From positions 1-37,565 of the forward strand of contig CALBRH010000006.1 of the NCBI GenBank assembly GCA_937899865.1: a stretch of 37,565 bases of DNA, read 5' to 3'. Source of the stretch: an uncultured euryarchaeote (GTDB lineage Archaea; Thermoplasmatota; Poseidoniia; Poseidoniales; Poseidoniaceae). A model generated the notes under the pieces. That model ran no database searches and had not been told where the DNA came from. It was given only the letters and a program-made list of their open reading frames with translations. Positions 17,099 to 25,972 of this stretch are shown here, piece after piece (the stretch's first letter is position 1; the number at the start of each line of letters is the position of its first letter). The position numbers were made by a program, and so were the translations under genes.

Positions 17099-17389
17099 TT
17101 ATCTATCTAAATCGTATTCGCCACTAATCAACATACCATCGAATAAGAATGGTCCAGCTGGCACTACTGCAGCAACACAACCATGGTAAAATGCTACTCT
17201 ATTCCAATGCCTACCAACTCCTGCTAGTAACAAGCCAATGAATAACACAAACAAGCCTCCATGAATTGCTCCAACTAGAGATACCAATTCTGGATCGCCC
17301 CCAATATACTTGACTGGCATTGCCACTGCAAACAAAAATAATGCAGAAAACCCCTCAAGATAAGATACAAAAGATACTAATTGTTTCAA
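17099..17389 (-). CDS. DUF3817 domain membrane protein
   Basis: SYLEGFSALFLFAVAMPVKY...GAIHGGLF...AAVVPAGPF. Confidence 0.85.
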   Translation of the reverse strand: MKQLVSFVSYLEGFSALFLFAVAMPVKYIGGDPELVSLVGAIHGGLFVLFIGLLLAGVGRHWNRVAFYHGCVAAVVPAGPFLFDGMLISGEYDLDR

Positions 17390-17391
17390 AA

Positions 17392-18366
17392 CTACACCTC
17401 TATCATAGGCCTACTAGAACCACAGGCAGGACATTCTTGTTCATCACTATCGCCATAATCATATTTGCAAGCAGGACAAATTGGTGCTAATTCGAATTTA
17501 CCCATAGACTTAATTTTATCACCTTGCAAACTTAATTGACCATTATCAATATTTGAAGTGACATATTTTCCAGGACCACCAATGCGAAGTAATACATCTG
17601 GCGGCAAGGTAACCGTTCCAGTCTCGTCGATGATCAGTTCTCTTCCTCTGCTCAAATCTTCTACATCAACACCTACACCATGTTCTGCAACAAATCTACC
17701 ATCACGTAATTCTAGAGATCTATCAGCAAAAGATGCCACTTCTTTCGAATGAGTTACAATCAAAAATGATACTCCGTCATTTTCATGTAATTCTTTGAAC
17801 AAAGACAAAACTTCTCTGCTGGTTATTGGGTCTAAAGACCCTGTGGGTTCGTCTGCTAAAATCAGCCGTGGTTTAGTAATTAGTGCTCTTGCAATCGCTA
17901 CTCTTTGTTGCTCACCACCACTGAGCCTCATCGGCAATGCCTTTGCTCGATGTAAGATGCCCAATCTTTCTAGCATTTCATCGGCCAATTTGAGGGCTTT
18001 TCTTGATGAAACACCTTGATGGCGGAGTGGTTGTGCGACATTATCCCTTGCATTCATATCTGGTAGTAAATTGCCTTCCTGAAAAATGAAAGAAACTGTT
18101 TTTTGTCGTAAGTGAACTAGTTCTTTACCACTTAATCGTGTCATATTTTTACCTGCAAGCATTACGGAACCAGAACTTGGTTTCATCAATCCTCCCAAGC
18201 ATTTCATGAGAGTTGATTTTCCTGAGCCTGACGGGCCAACAACCGCTATTGCTTCACCTTCCTTAATATCAACATGAATACCTCTCAAGGCGACGACATT
18301 ACCATCTTCTGCTTTTGATTCATATACGTGGTATAGTGAAGATGCTTTCAGAATACTTTCAGTCAT
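17392..18366 (-). CDS. ABC ATPase (LolD/MacB-like) with C-terminal AbrB-like segment and Zn ribbon
   Basis: GPSGSGKS, LSGGEQQR, LADEPTG; IIDETGTVTLP; CPAC-x11-CPAC. Confidence 0.9.
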   Translation of the reverse strand: MTESILKASSLYHVYESKAEDGNVVALRGIHVDIKEGEAIAVVGPSGSGKSTLMKCLGGLMKPSSGSVMLAGKNMTRLSGKELVHLRQKTVSFIFQEGNLLPDMNARDNVAQPLRHQGVSSRKALKLADEMLERLGILHRAKALPMRLSGGEQQRVAIARALITKPRLILADEPTGSLDPITSREVLSLFKELHENDGVSFLIVTHSKEVASFADRSLELRDGRFVAEHGVGVDVEDLSRGRELIIDETGTVTLPPDVLLRIGGPGKYVTSNIDNGQLSLQGDKIKSMGKFELAPICPACKYDYGDSDEQECPACGSSRPMIEV

Positions 18367-18368
18367 TT

Positions 18369-21300
18369 TCACTCCCCCTTCAAGACCATCGCTAGGTCTG
18401 ATTTTAACGCCCTTCTGGTAGTTATCAATAATGCAATCACTACTGCTGTGAACACAGATACAGAAACTAAGGTCAATTCAAACCATGGATAAACTAATTC
18501 TCGATTTATATTAGTTGAAGCACCACCAAATATTTGGAAAATAAATCCGAATACATCAAAGAATCCGTTGAATGAGAATGCTAAACCGATTCCAAGTACT
18601 AAACCAAGCAACATTGAAACAATAATTATCGAAAGAATCTCAAACAGAACTAATCGAATGATTTGTGTTGGACTTGCTCCAATAGCCTGCAATACTGCTA
18701 ATTCTTTTTTACGCTGATTCAAAACTAGAGATAAGAAAACAAAACTTGAGGCGACTGCAGCAATACTCGCAACTACGAATTGTAGTGACAATAATCCAGG
18801 AGTTCCAAAGATAAGTCCACCGTTTCTCTCTACTGCTTCGTGTTCTGTAGTCCAGTCCAATACGTTCGCAATTCTTGAATCGGCTTCAAGGCGTGAACCA
18901 AGTGATTTTAGCGCCTCTCCATCAAGCCCGCTAATGTGATAAATCCAGTTAGTTGAGTTGTGGTTGTCTTCCTTTGAATCATTACCTACTAACTCCCTCC
19001 AAGTTGACTCTCCAATAATTATTGAGTCGGCGATTAGTGCTGAATTTACCCCAGGAATGTACTCATGGAGGCCCATGTATTTGACTGTCGCATTGTGTGG
19101 AATTATTATCACTTCAACTTGAGTTCCTAATTGAAATAGCGGCTGGACTAACGGTGTTGGAAATTGTGAAGCTCCAGTGTCACATGATGTAATTGTAGCT
19201 AGAGTTCCATCAGGGCATGTAGCATTACCAAGTGTCGCTACTGTTAAGTCGATATCACCAAAAATACCGGTCAAATCCGAACCTGTGAGATCAGCATTTT
19301 CTAGTGTTCCATCTGGCGATTCAAAGAAAATAGTATTGACTAAATTTGCTCCAGCAAGATTTGCTCCACTTAAGTCAACACCAACCATCAATGATTCGCT
19401 TAAATTAGCCCCCTCTAAATTAGCACCTGAGAGGTTGGCTCCGGTGAAATCAAATCTACCAAGTTCTCGGTAACTGAGGTCTTGACCAGAGAAATCAACA
19501 CCAGATAAGTCAACTTCCATCATTGCAGAATACATTACATATAATTCGAGTAATTGGTCAAAATTGCTCAAATTATCCAAAGTAAATCCTCCAGAAATAA
19601 TGTTGAAATCAAATTCTTCGTAAGTCATTACTACTTCCACACTACGGTCATCACTTTCACTAAGCAATACATCATCGAGTTTTTCTTGATTTGACCATGA
19701 ACCTGCTAAGTCAAGGGTGAAAGCTGAATCTTCTCCAGCCGAGAACCCTCCTTCACTGTATCTTGTCAGAGCACTAGAAACATCCTTCCCAGGAATTGAT
19801 TGCTGGCTCCAATGTAAAACGTCATCTGAATTATTTAGCAGGACAAATGTCTGTATAAAATCACCGTCAGGACTCTTTAGTAAAAGAGATGGAACAGTAG
19901 TAGCAATTACTGATTTATCACCGTTATAAATCTCATCAAAAATGGCAAGTGCCTCTGATTTATTTTGTTGGTTTTCAAAGGTAATTTGTATATCGCCACC
20001 TACTGTTGAATCGACGGTTCTCTCATCAACTAAGGTTCCGGTGTAGCCTTGTACCGCAGCTAGTGTTACAATTGAGAGAGTAAGAAGCATAATTACTGCT
20101 AATCTATTGACAGATTCTGTAGAACCAGATCCTTTTAGTCCACGCTTAACATCTTTCAATAGCTTGGTTCTACCGAATATTAACTGCATAATCTGAGGTC
20201 CTTTTGCACCTAATCTACCAAGAACTAATGCCCCTCCTATCCAGAATAGGAATGGACCGAAAATACCGAATAGACCTTCAAAGAAAAAGTTCTGAATAAT
20301 ACCATCTTCACTACCATTCATTTCCATCCATGTATCTACTACTGAGATTGAACCGAGAATGAAACATGTCCAATGCAGCCAGTACTTTGGTTCCGTTTTA
20401 GCAACGGTATTTTTGACACCTTCTTCAATTTCCAAGTCTATGAATTCTTTAGAACGCTTACGACCGAAAAGAATTGCTAAACCAAGCGTACTTATTGCAG
20501 TGAACAATGTAGCACCAAAACTCAAAGTTGGGTCTATGTTATAGTCACCAGATTTGAATTGCATGAATCCTACAGCTGACAAGACAATCGGAACAGCAAA
20601 CATCGCTAACAGATATCCAGCGATCCAGGCAACCGAGGCAAATACTGCAAGTTCGAGTAAAACCATGCCCTGTAATCCTTTACTATCTGCACCAATTACG
20701 CGATGAATACTTATTTCCTTACGTCTTTGTTCCAAAGATAAAATCAATCCGTATACTAACACCGCAAGAGACATTACCACAATTGGTATCATTATTATGT
20801 AATCAAAAATTTGAATAAATGCCAAAAATATGTCAAGGAAAGTTATCGTTCCACCGACAATATCTGTATAGAATAACTCGATTTCGCTACTAGTATAGTT
20901 ATCTTCCATTATTGAAACTTTTAATCTGTCAAGCCAATCACTAGCATCTGCGGTAGAAGTAGTTGGCAATTGTGAACGGTCAACTGCAAGCCCAAGGTAA
21001 ATGTGATCTTTTTCCAGTAGAGTTGCACTCTGCTCGTCTGTCAACACGGTCCAAGTGGTGAAAATTGGATTAGGACCCAGTGTTGGATTACCCAAGTCCC
21101 ACGGCTGATAAATCCCAACCACAGTCATATCGGTAATTGTCATTGGCATTCTACAGTAGATTTTGCCATTCTCAGAAGCAGAAGCAATTCCAGGACAATC
21201 TTGGACTAAATCAACTCCTCCTGTATCGAAGAATTCACTATCAATAACATATACGAAGGTTATTTCTTCCAAAACATCACCTACCTCAGCCTTCGCTTGA

Positions 21301-22010
21301 GAAGCGATATTAGATGGTAAGATAACTCCTCGCTGACTTGACATATTTTCTGGTGATGGCCACTCTCCCTGACCTTGAATTATATTAGCACCGTAACGCT
21401 TGGCAAACTCTCCATCAAAGGCTTCTGGACCCATGAATCTTATCGAACGATAATTAGAAATTGGTGGCCCAGATTCTCTTAATTCAGGATATTCAAATGT
21501 AGTATTTATCCAATATGGATTTTCAATATCGACTACTGAGCGCATTTCTAACGGTTGAGCATAGAGGAAATCTTCATTGAAAAATCCTGCACTATGAATC
21601 CCTTGTCGTCCTAAAACGACTGTACAATCAGCAAGTTCTTGGCTATATTCAACCATCAATTCCGCACAGACATCTTGCATAACGCTAGTGTTGTTGGTCC
21701 AACCTGAGGAACCTTCAGTAGGTGCTTTCTTAAATTCAACTTTAGCATCAATTGGCTCACCATCTAATGATTCGTCAAAGAAAATTTGTGACAGCCCTAT
21801 CCCGTAAGACAAAACTGTCGTGATTACTAAAGATGCCAAAAAGACACCAGCAACTACTGCTAAACCTCGTTCACGACCTCGCCAAGCACTCTGCGAAGCA
21901 AGACGAATATTTTCTGGAGCGTCCCTTATTCGTCTTCGCCAACGTTCAATCCTGCCTACCTTAGGAACTACATAGGATGCAAAAGGATCGAATTTCTCTT
22001 CTTCACTCAC
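18369..22010 (-). CDS. Double FtsX-domain ABC permease with pentapeptide-repeat insertion
   Basis: EQRRKEISIHRVIGA and QRKKELAVLQAIGA FtsX motifs; GTG start overlapping upstream stop. Confidence 0.9.
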   Translation of the reverse strand: MSEEEKFDPFASYVVPKVGRIERWRRRIRDAPENIRLASQSAWRGRERGLAVVAGVFLASLVITTVLSYGIGLSQIFFDESLDGEPIDAKVEFKKAPTEGSSGWTNNTSVMQDVCAELMVEYSQELADCTVVLGRQGIHSAGFFNEDFLYAQPLEMRSVVDIENPYWINTTFEYPELRESGPPISNYRSIRFMGPEAFDGEFAKRYGANIIQGQGEWPSPENMSSQRGVILPSNIASQAKAEVGDVLEEITFVYVIDSEFFDTGGVDLVQDCPGIASASENGKIYCRMPMTITDMTVVGIYQPWDLGNPTLGPNPIFTTWTVLTDEQSATLLEKDHIYLGLAVDRSQLPTTSTADASDWLDRLKVSIMEDNYTSSEIELFYTDIVGGTITFLDIFLAFIQIFDYIIMIPIVVMSLAVLVYGLILSLEQRRKEISIHRVIGADSKGLQGMVLLELAVFASVAWIAGYLLAMFAVPIVLSAVGFMQFKSGDYNIDPTLSFGATLFTAISTLGLAILFGRKRSKEFIDLEIEEGVKNTVAKTEPKYWLHWTCFILGSISVVDTWMEMNGSEDGIIQNFFFEGLFGIFGPFLFWIGGALVLGRLGAKGPQIMQLIFGRTKLLKDVKRGLKGSGSTESVNRLAVIMLLTLSIVTLAAVQGYTGTLVDERTVDSTVGGDIQITFENQQNKSEALAIFDEIYNGDKSVIATTVPSLLLKSPDGDFIQTFVLLNNSDDVLHWSQQSIPGKDVSSALTRYSEGGFSAGEDSAFTLDLAGSWSNQEKLDDVLLSESDDRSVEVVMTYEEFDFNIISGGFTLDNLSNFDQLLELYVMYSAMMEVDLSGVDFSGQDLSYRELGRFDFTGANLSGANLEGANLSESLMVGVDLSGANLAGANLVNTIFFESPDGTLENADLTGSDLTGIFGDIDLTVATLGNATCPDGTLATITSCDTGASQFPTPLVQPLFQLGTQVEVIIIPHNATVKYMGLHEYIPGVNSALIADSIIIGESTWRELVGNDSKEDNHNSTNWIYHISGLDGEALKSLGSRLEADSRIANVLDWTTEHEAVERNGGLIFGTPGLLSLQFVVASIAAVASSFVFLSLVLNQRKKELAVLQAIGASPTQIIRLVLFEILSIIIVSMLLGLVLGIGLAFSFNGFFDVFGFIFQIFGGASTNINRELVYPWFELTLVSVSVFTAVVIALLITTRRALKSDLAMVLKGE
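19206..19515 (-). repeat. Pentapeptide repeats A(D/N)LxX inside the permease
   Basis: DLSGVDFSGQDLS...GANLSGANLEGANLS...ANLAGANLV...NADLTGSDLTG...ATCPDG. Confidence 0.85.
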
Positions 22011-22732
22011 TCCTCTTCACCTCCTTGTGCATCATCTAAGCCCCAAGCTGTACGAATGTCGGAGGCTTCAGTCTTGCCGTCTAAAAGTAACAACATTCTG
22101 TCAGCATTCGCTGCTAATTCAGGATCGTGAGTAACCATCAAAATTGATATTGGATTTTCTTCATCATGGCACAAGTCCTTGAATAATTGTAGTACATCTT
22201 TACCGCTTGCTATATCCAAATTTCCAGTTGGCTCGTCTGCAAGTAGTAATGGACGATTGCCAGCAATTGCCCGAGCAATGGCAACACGTTGTTGCTGTCC
22301 ACCAGATAACTGGTCGGGAATATGATGCATTCTGTCACCAAGACCGACGCGTTCCAAAGCTGCTGCTGCACGTTGTTCGGCTTCTTTAGAAGATTCTCCT
22401 GATAACTCGAGTGCCATTGCAACATTGTCGATAGCTGTCAAATTGTTTAACAAGTGAAAATCTTGAAAAATCCAACCCACTAATTCACGACGAACATCGA
22501 CAACACTTGATGGACCTTTACGACCATACTTGCGTCCATTTAGTTCAATTTCACCACCATCCCCAGCCAATAGACCGCCAATGATATTTAGCAAGGTGGA
22601 TTTCCCACATCCTGAAGGACCCATTAAAGCAACTAACTCACCTTGTTTTAGTTCAAGGTCTATGCCTTTCAAAACTTGCAGCTTATCACTGCCGAAACCA
22701 AATGATTTAGTTAACCCAATAATTTGCAACAT
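22007..22732 (-). CDS. ABC ATPase (LolD/MacB-like)
   Basis: GPSGCGKS, LSGGQQQR, LADEPTGNLD. Confidence 0.93.
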   Translation of the reverse strand: MLQIIGLTKSFGFGSDKLQVLKGIDLELKQGELVALMGPSGCGKSTLLNIIGGLLAGDGGEIELNGRKYGRKGPSSVVDVRRELVGWIFQDFHLLNNLTAIDNVAMALELSGESSKEAEQRAAAALERVGLGDRMHHIPDQLSGGQQQRVAIARAIAGNRPLLLADEPTGNLDIASGKDVLQLFKDLCHDEENPISILMVTHDPELAANADRMLLLLDGKTEASDIRTAWGLDDAQGGEEE

Positions 22733-22790
22733 CAACTAACCACTACTAGCATTAACACTGTGTCCTAGTATATATAACACTGTTAAGAGA

Positions 22791-23768
22791 TTATTGCGAG
22801 GTTTGTTGCTTGTATAGATTGTAACTCTTTTTCATACGATAATGGAACAATGGTGGAATCAATGCAGTCCAAAACATGATGTAATAGCCACTTGGTAGTT
22901 GTGGAGATTCATCATGAGCATCTAAGCGCTGATATGGTGTGCTTGATTTCAAATGATGCGATGGGTGAAGTGGTAATTCAAGTAATGTCCATCTAGACCA
23001 TCTGTGTCTACTTTCCCAAGCATGACTAGCATTAGCTCGCTCACCATCTTGCCTAACTAGGCCATGATGTTGTAGATAATTTACAAACTCAAGTAAATAT
23101 ACAGCAACGAATGCTTGAAGTAAAAATACTCCTAGAACATAAGGTGATATAACTAACAATGTTACTACTAAAATGGTTTGAACTAACATAGAGTATCTGA
23201 AATCTTTTGGCCTTGCTCTGTAAGCACCTTTCAATTGTAAGGGAATTGTTCGTAAAAAGTGAAAATACACATTCCGGCCCCAAGGAGAGGATGTTGGATC
23301 TCTTGGCTTAGCCCAATGTTTGTGGTGCGTATGGTTGTGTTCTACAGTAAAATGGAGATATAGTACAGTCATCAAGTCAAGTCTTGATAGCCACCAACTT
23401 GCTGAACGAGGCTTTCTATGCCCTAACTCATGAGCGGTAACAATACCAGATGCGCCACTGGAAAGGCCAACAGAAACCGCACCTAACCAAACAAACTGCG
23501 AATAATCAACATAAGCAATATACAGTAGTGTAATCACTACCAATGGCACTAAGATTCCATGTAAATGTACGATATAATTGAAGGCCTTACCTTCTTCAAG
23601 TGGATTAGTATCTGAACTTTTACCCGCGATTATATCGAGTAACGGATATAGGCCCAATGCTAGATATATGGTTGCTCCCATCCACCATCCACCAGCAAGT
23701 AAACCTGCTATTGTTACCAGTGGAGTGAGCAATCCAATGAGGTGTGGTAACCACCTAGCCATGACCAT
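22791..23768 (-). CDS. alkB: Alkane 1-monooxygenase-family membrane di-iron enzyme
   Basis: HELGH, EHNHTHH, NYLQHHG, HPSHH boxes and PQLPSGY; variant motifs, so substrate uncertain. Confidence 0.8.
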   Translation of the reverse strand: MVMARWLPHLIGLLTPLVTIAGLLAGGWWMGATIYLALGLYPLLDIIAGKSSDTNPLEEGKAFNYIVHLHGILVPLVVITLLYIAYVDYSQFVWLGAVSVGLSSGASGIVTAHELGHRKPRSASWWLSRLDLMTVLYLHFTVEHNHTHHKHWAKPRDPTSSPWGRNVYFHFLRTIPLQLKGAYRARPKDFRYSMLVQTILVVTLLVISPYVLGVFLLQAFVAVYLLEFVNYLQHHGLVRQDGERANASHAWESRHRWSRWTLLELPLHPSHHLKSSTPYQRLDAHDESPQLPSGYYIMFWTALIPPLFHYRMKKSYNLYKQQTSQ

Positions 23769-23801
23769 CCATCGATAGGTCAGTTAAGGAGGTTAGTATT
23801 C

Positions 23802-23921
23802 TCAACCGGTATTTTTACGAGAAAAAATACGCTTTATCCAAGAACTGGAAAAACCAATTCCATCTCTGTAAACTTGCTTATCCATCACTTCATCTACATA
23901 TGTTTCTAAGTATGTATCCAT
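23802..23921 (-). CDS. 39-aa microprotein MDTYLETYVDEVMDKQVYRDGIGFSSSWIKRIFSRKNTG
   Basis: GAGGTGG SD, TAAATG junction, clear paralogy with the upstream ORF; below ORF-track cutoff. Confidence 0.75.
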   Translation of the reverse strand: MDTYLETYVDEVMDKQVYRDGIGFSSSWIKRIFSRKNTG

Positions 23922-24083
23922 TTATTGTCCACCTCTTACACTAAATGATCCTCTAATATCAGGTACAGCTCTGTAATTTACTATACCCTGTAGTATTGTA
24001 TTCATCCAATTGGCAAAAATACCATTACGGTACTGTTGCTTTTCCATGGCTTCATCAACATATTTCTCTAACTCTCTATCCAT
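23922..24083 (-). CDS. 53-aa microprotein MDRELEKYVDEAMEKQQYRNGIFANWMNTILQGIVNYRAVPDIRGSFSVRGGQ
   Basis: GTGAGGA SD, TTTAATATA box upstream, paralog of the next ORF. Confidence 0.75.
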   Translation of the reverse strand: MDRELEKYVDEAMEKQQYRNGIFANWMNTILQGIVNYRAVPDIRGSFSVRGGQ

Positions 24084-24289
24084 TGTGTTATCCTCACTTT
24101 ACTTTTAACACCTAGAGTATATTAAACAGTGGTGAATATGCCAACACATAGGTTTATTAAATAAATTAAGTGTTTTAAAACACATCTATTCAGTGTACGC
24201 TTTATTACTAAAATGACAAAACTGTCAAAAAATTAAATTTTCTTCCGGCTTGAGTTGGCTTGATAACCAAAATACCTAACGCACTAACA

Positions 24290-24338
24290 TCCGAGCCTAT
24301 CCCGAACCCGTAAGGAACCGAGGTTGACGGCTCAGGAG
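24290..24338 (+). promoter_or_regulatory. Structured 5' leader of taw1 that occludes its SD
   Basis: TCC-GAGCC pairs with GGCTC-A-GGA; inner AACC/GGTT and CC-GTAA-GG; 3' strand overlaps AGGAG. Confidence 0.4.
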
Positions 24339-24348
24339 AGTGTACCAA

Positions 24349-25356
24349 ATGGGTATGGATTTAGCGCTAAAAGCCAAACTACAAAAGCAAAGATATCACA
24401 TTGTTGGAGAACATGGTGGAGTGAAAGTTTGTCATTGGACTAAAGAGTCATTACTTAGAGATCGTCAGTGTTACAAGGGGAAGTTCTACGGTATTGCCAG
24501 CCACAACTGTATGCAAACCTCTCCTGTTGTAGACCAATGTAATCTTGCATGTACATATTGTTGGCGAGAGCCGCACATGGACACATTGGAATTGACCAAT
24601 CAAGACCCGCTTGAATTACTGTATGAATCTGTTCGAGCCCAGCGAAGATTGTTATCTGGCTTTGGTGGCAATCCAAAAGTGCCAAGAGAAAAGTGGCTCG
24701 ATGCTCAAAATCCAAAACATGTTGCGATTTCTTTGAATGGTGAACCTACTCTATACACTAGACTTGGCGAATATATCGATTTATGTCACAAGCATGGTAT
24801 GACTACTATGCTAGTTACTAACGGAACCTTTCCAAAAGTATTGGAACGATTAGACCCTCTACCAACTCAACTATATGTTTCAGTAGATGCTCCTAACAAA
24901 GAAATCTTTGACAAAGTTTGCAAGCCTAAATGGAACTCCAGAGCTTGGGAGCAGTTTGAGAAAACTATTGATTTGATGCCTTCATTAGATACTAGAATAG
25001 TATCTCGTCATACTTTGATGAAAGGTATCAATATGAGTGATAAAAACATTCGAGAATTTGCTGCTTTAGACAATCGTGCAGAACCTGATTTCATTGAAAA
25101 TAAAGGCTATGTTTACGTTGGTCACAGTAGAGAAAATCTCAGTGCTGAAAACATGCCAAGTCATGATGACATAATGGATTTCTCTGCAAAAATTGCTCCA
25201 CTTACTGGAAGAGAAATTCTTTCTGACTCAAAGCCAAGTCGCGTGGCTTTAGTTGGTCATGAAATAACTCCAATACCAATTCCAGAAGCAACTATGTTCT
25301 TCCCTGAAGATTTAGGGATTGCTCCTCCGGTAAAGCATCTGCCGATTATCCAATAA
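24349..25356 (+). CDS. taw1: 4-demethylwyosine synthase (radical SAM, TYW1/Taw1)
   Basis: VKVCHWTK, CYKGKFYGIASHNCMQ, CNLACTYCWR, SLNGEPT, IENKGYVYVGHSR. Confidence 0.95.
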   Translation: MGMDLALKAKLQKQRYHIVGEHGGVKVCHWTKESLLRDRQCYKGKFYGIASHNCMQTSPVVDQCNLACTYCWREPHMDTLELTNQDPLELLYESVRAQRRLLSGFGGNPKVPREKWLDAQNPKHVAISLNGEPTLYTRLGEYIDLCHKHGMTTMLVTNGTFPKVLERLDPLPTQLYVSVDAPNKEIFDKVCKPKWNSRAWEQFEKTIDLMPSLDTRIVSRHTLMKGINMSDKNIREFAALDNRAEPDFIENKGYVYVGHSRENLSAENMPSHDDIMDFSAKIAPLTGREILSDSKPSRVALVGHEITPIPIPEATMFFPEDLGIAPPVKHLPIIQ

Positions 25357-25957
25357 TTGGGAATTCAACAACATCATCGCCTTCATGCCACTGAGGGTAT
25401 TTTTTCATACAAATCATAAACTCATCACTGGCTAAATTTTTACTCAACCAACCGTGTATATTGTTCCAATTTTGTGAATCGAACCACTCTCTATCATGGT
25501 TAGCAAATTGTCTCACAAATGGGAATAATGCATCATTTAAGGCATCTGAAATCTCTTCTTCCAAGAAATTGTCTAAATCATCTAGATATGTTTTTGCAAG
25601 TGTTCTTTGTTCAATCGAATCAACATTTTCGTAGCGATTTGGATACTTGTAACGATCTAAATGAAACTTGAACTCATTATCATTACGATCAACCCATTGC
25701 GATTCAATCTCGCTCAATTCCCAAGAGAGTACATATTGCATTATCTCAAGACTTTCCTCAATAACTTCTCCATTTGCTAGAAGCATAACCGGAACCGTAC
25801 CTTTAGGAGAAATTTGCATCATGTGTTCTGGCCTATCACGTAAAATAACTTCTCTATGCTCACAAATATGATTAGTCCTAACTATTGACATCCTTGCTCG
25901 CATTGCGTATGGGCAGCGCCTAAAACTGTAGAGAATTGGGCGGCTGGAATTTGACAT
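25346..25957 (-). CDS. Glutathione S-transferase
   Basis: PILYSFRRCPYAMRAR, SPKGTVPV, EESLEIM, FKFHLDRYKY, FPFVRQFA. Confidence 0.9.
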   Translation of the reverse strand: MSNSSRPILYSFRRCPYAMRARMSIVRTNHICEHREVILRDRPEHMMQISPKGTVPVMLLANGEVIEESLEIMQYVLSWELSEIESQWVDRNDNEFKFHLDRYKYPNRYENVDSIEQRTLAKTYLDDLDNFLEEEISDALNDALFPFVRQFANHDREWFDSQNWNNIHGWLSKNLASDEFMICMKKYPQWHEGDDVVEFPIIG

Positions 25958-25972
25958 ATTTCTGCCTCAAAA

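Noticed and set aside
17392-17500. CPAC..CPAC tail as a fused rubredoxin serving AlkB
   Set aside because: The 11-residue spacing is much shorter than in rubredoxin; more likely a Zn ribbon.
24303-24317. GAACCC-GTAA-GGA resembling an archaeal SECIS
   Set aside because: The three-GC-pair stem is incomplete, no in-frame UGA selenoprotein is nearby, and there is no Sec machinery in the window.
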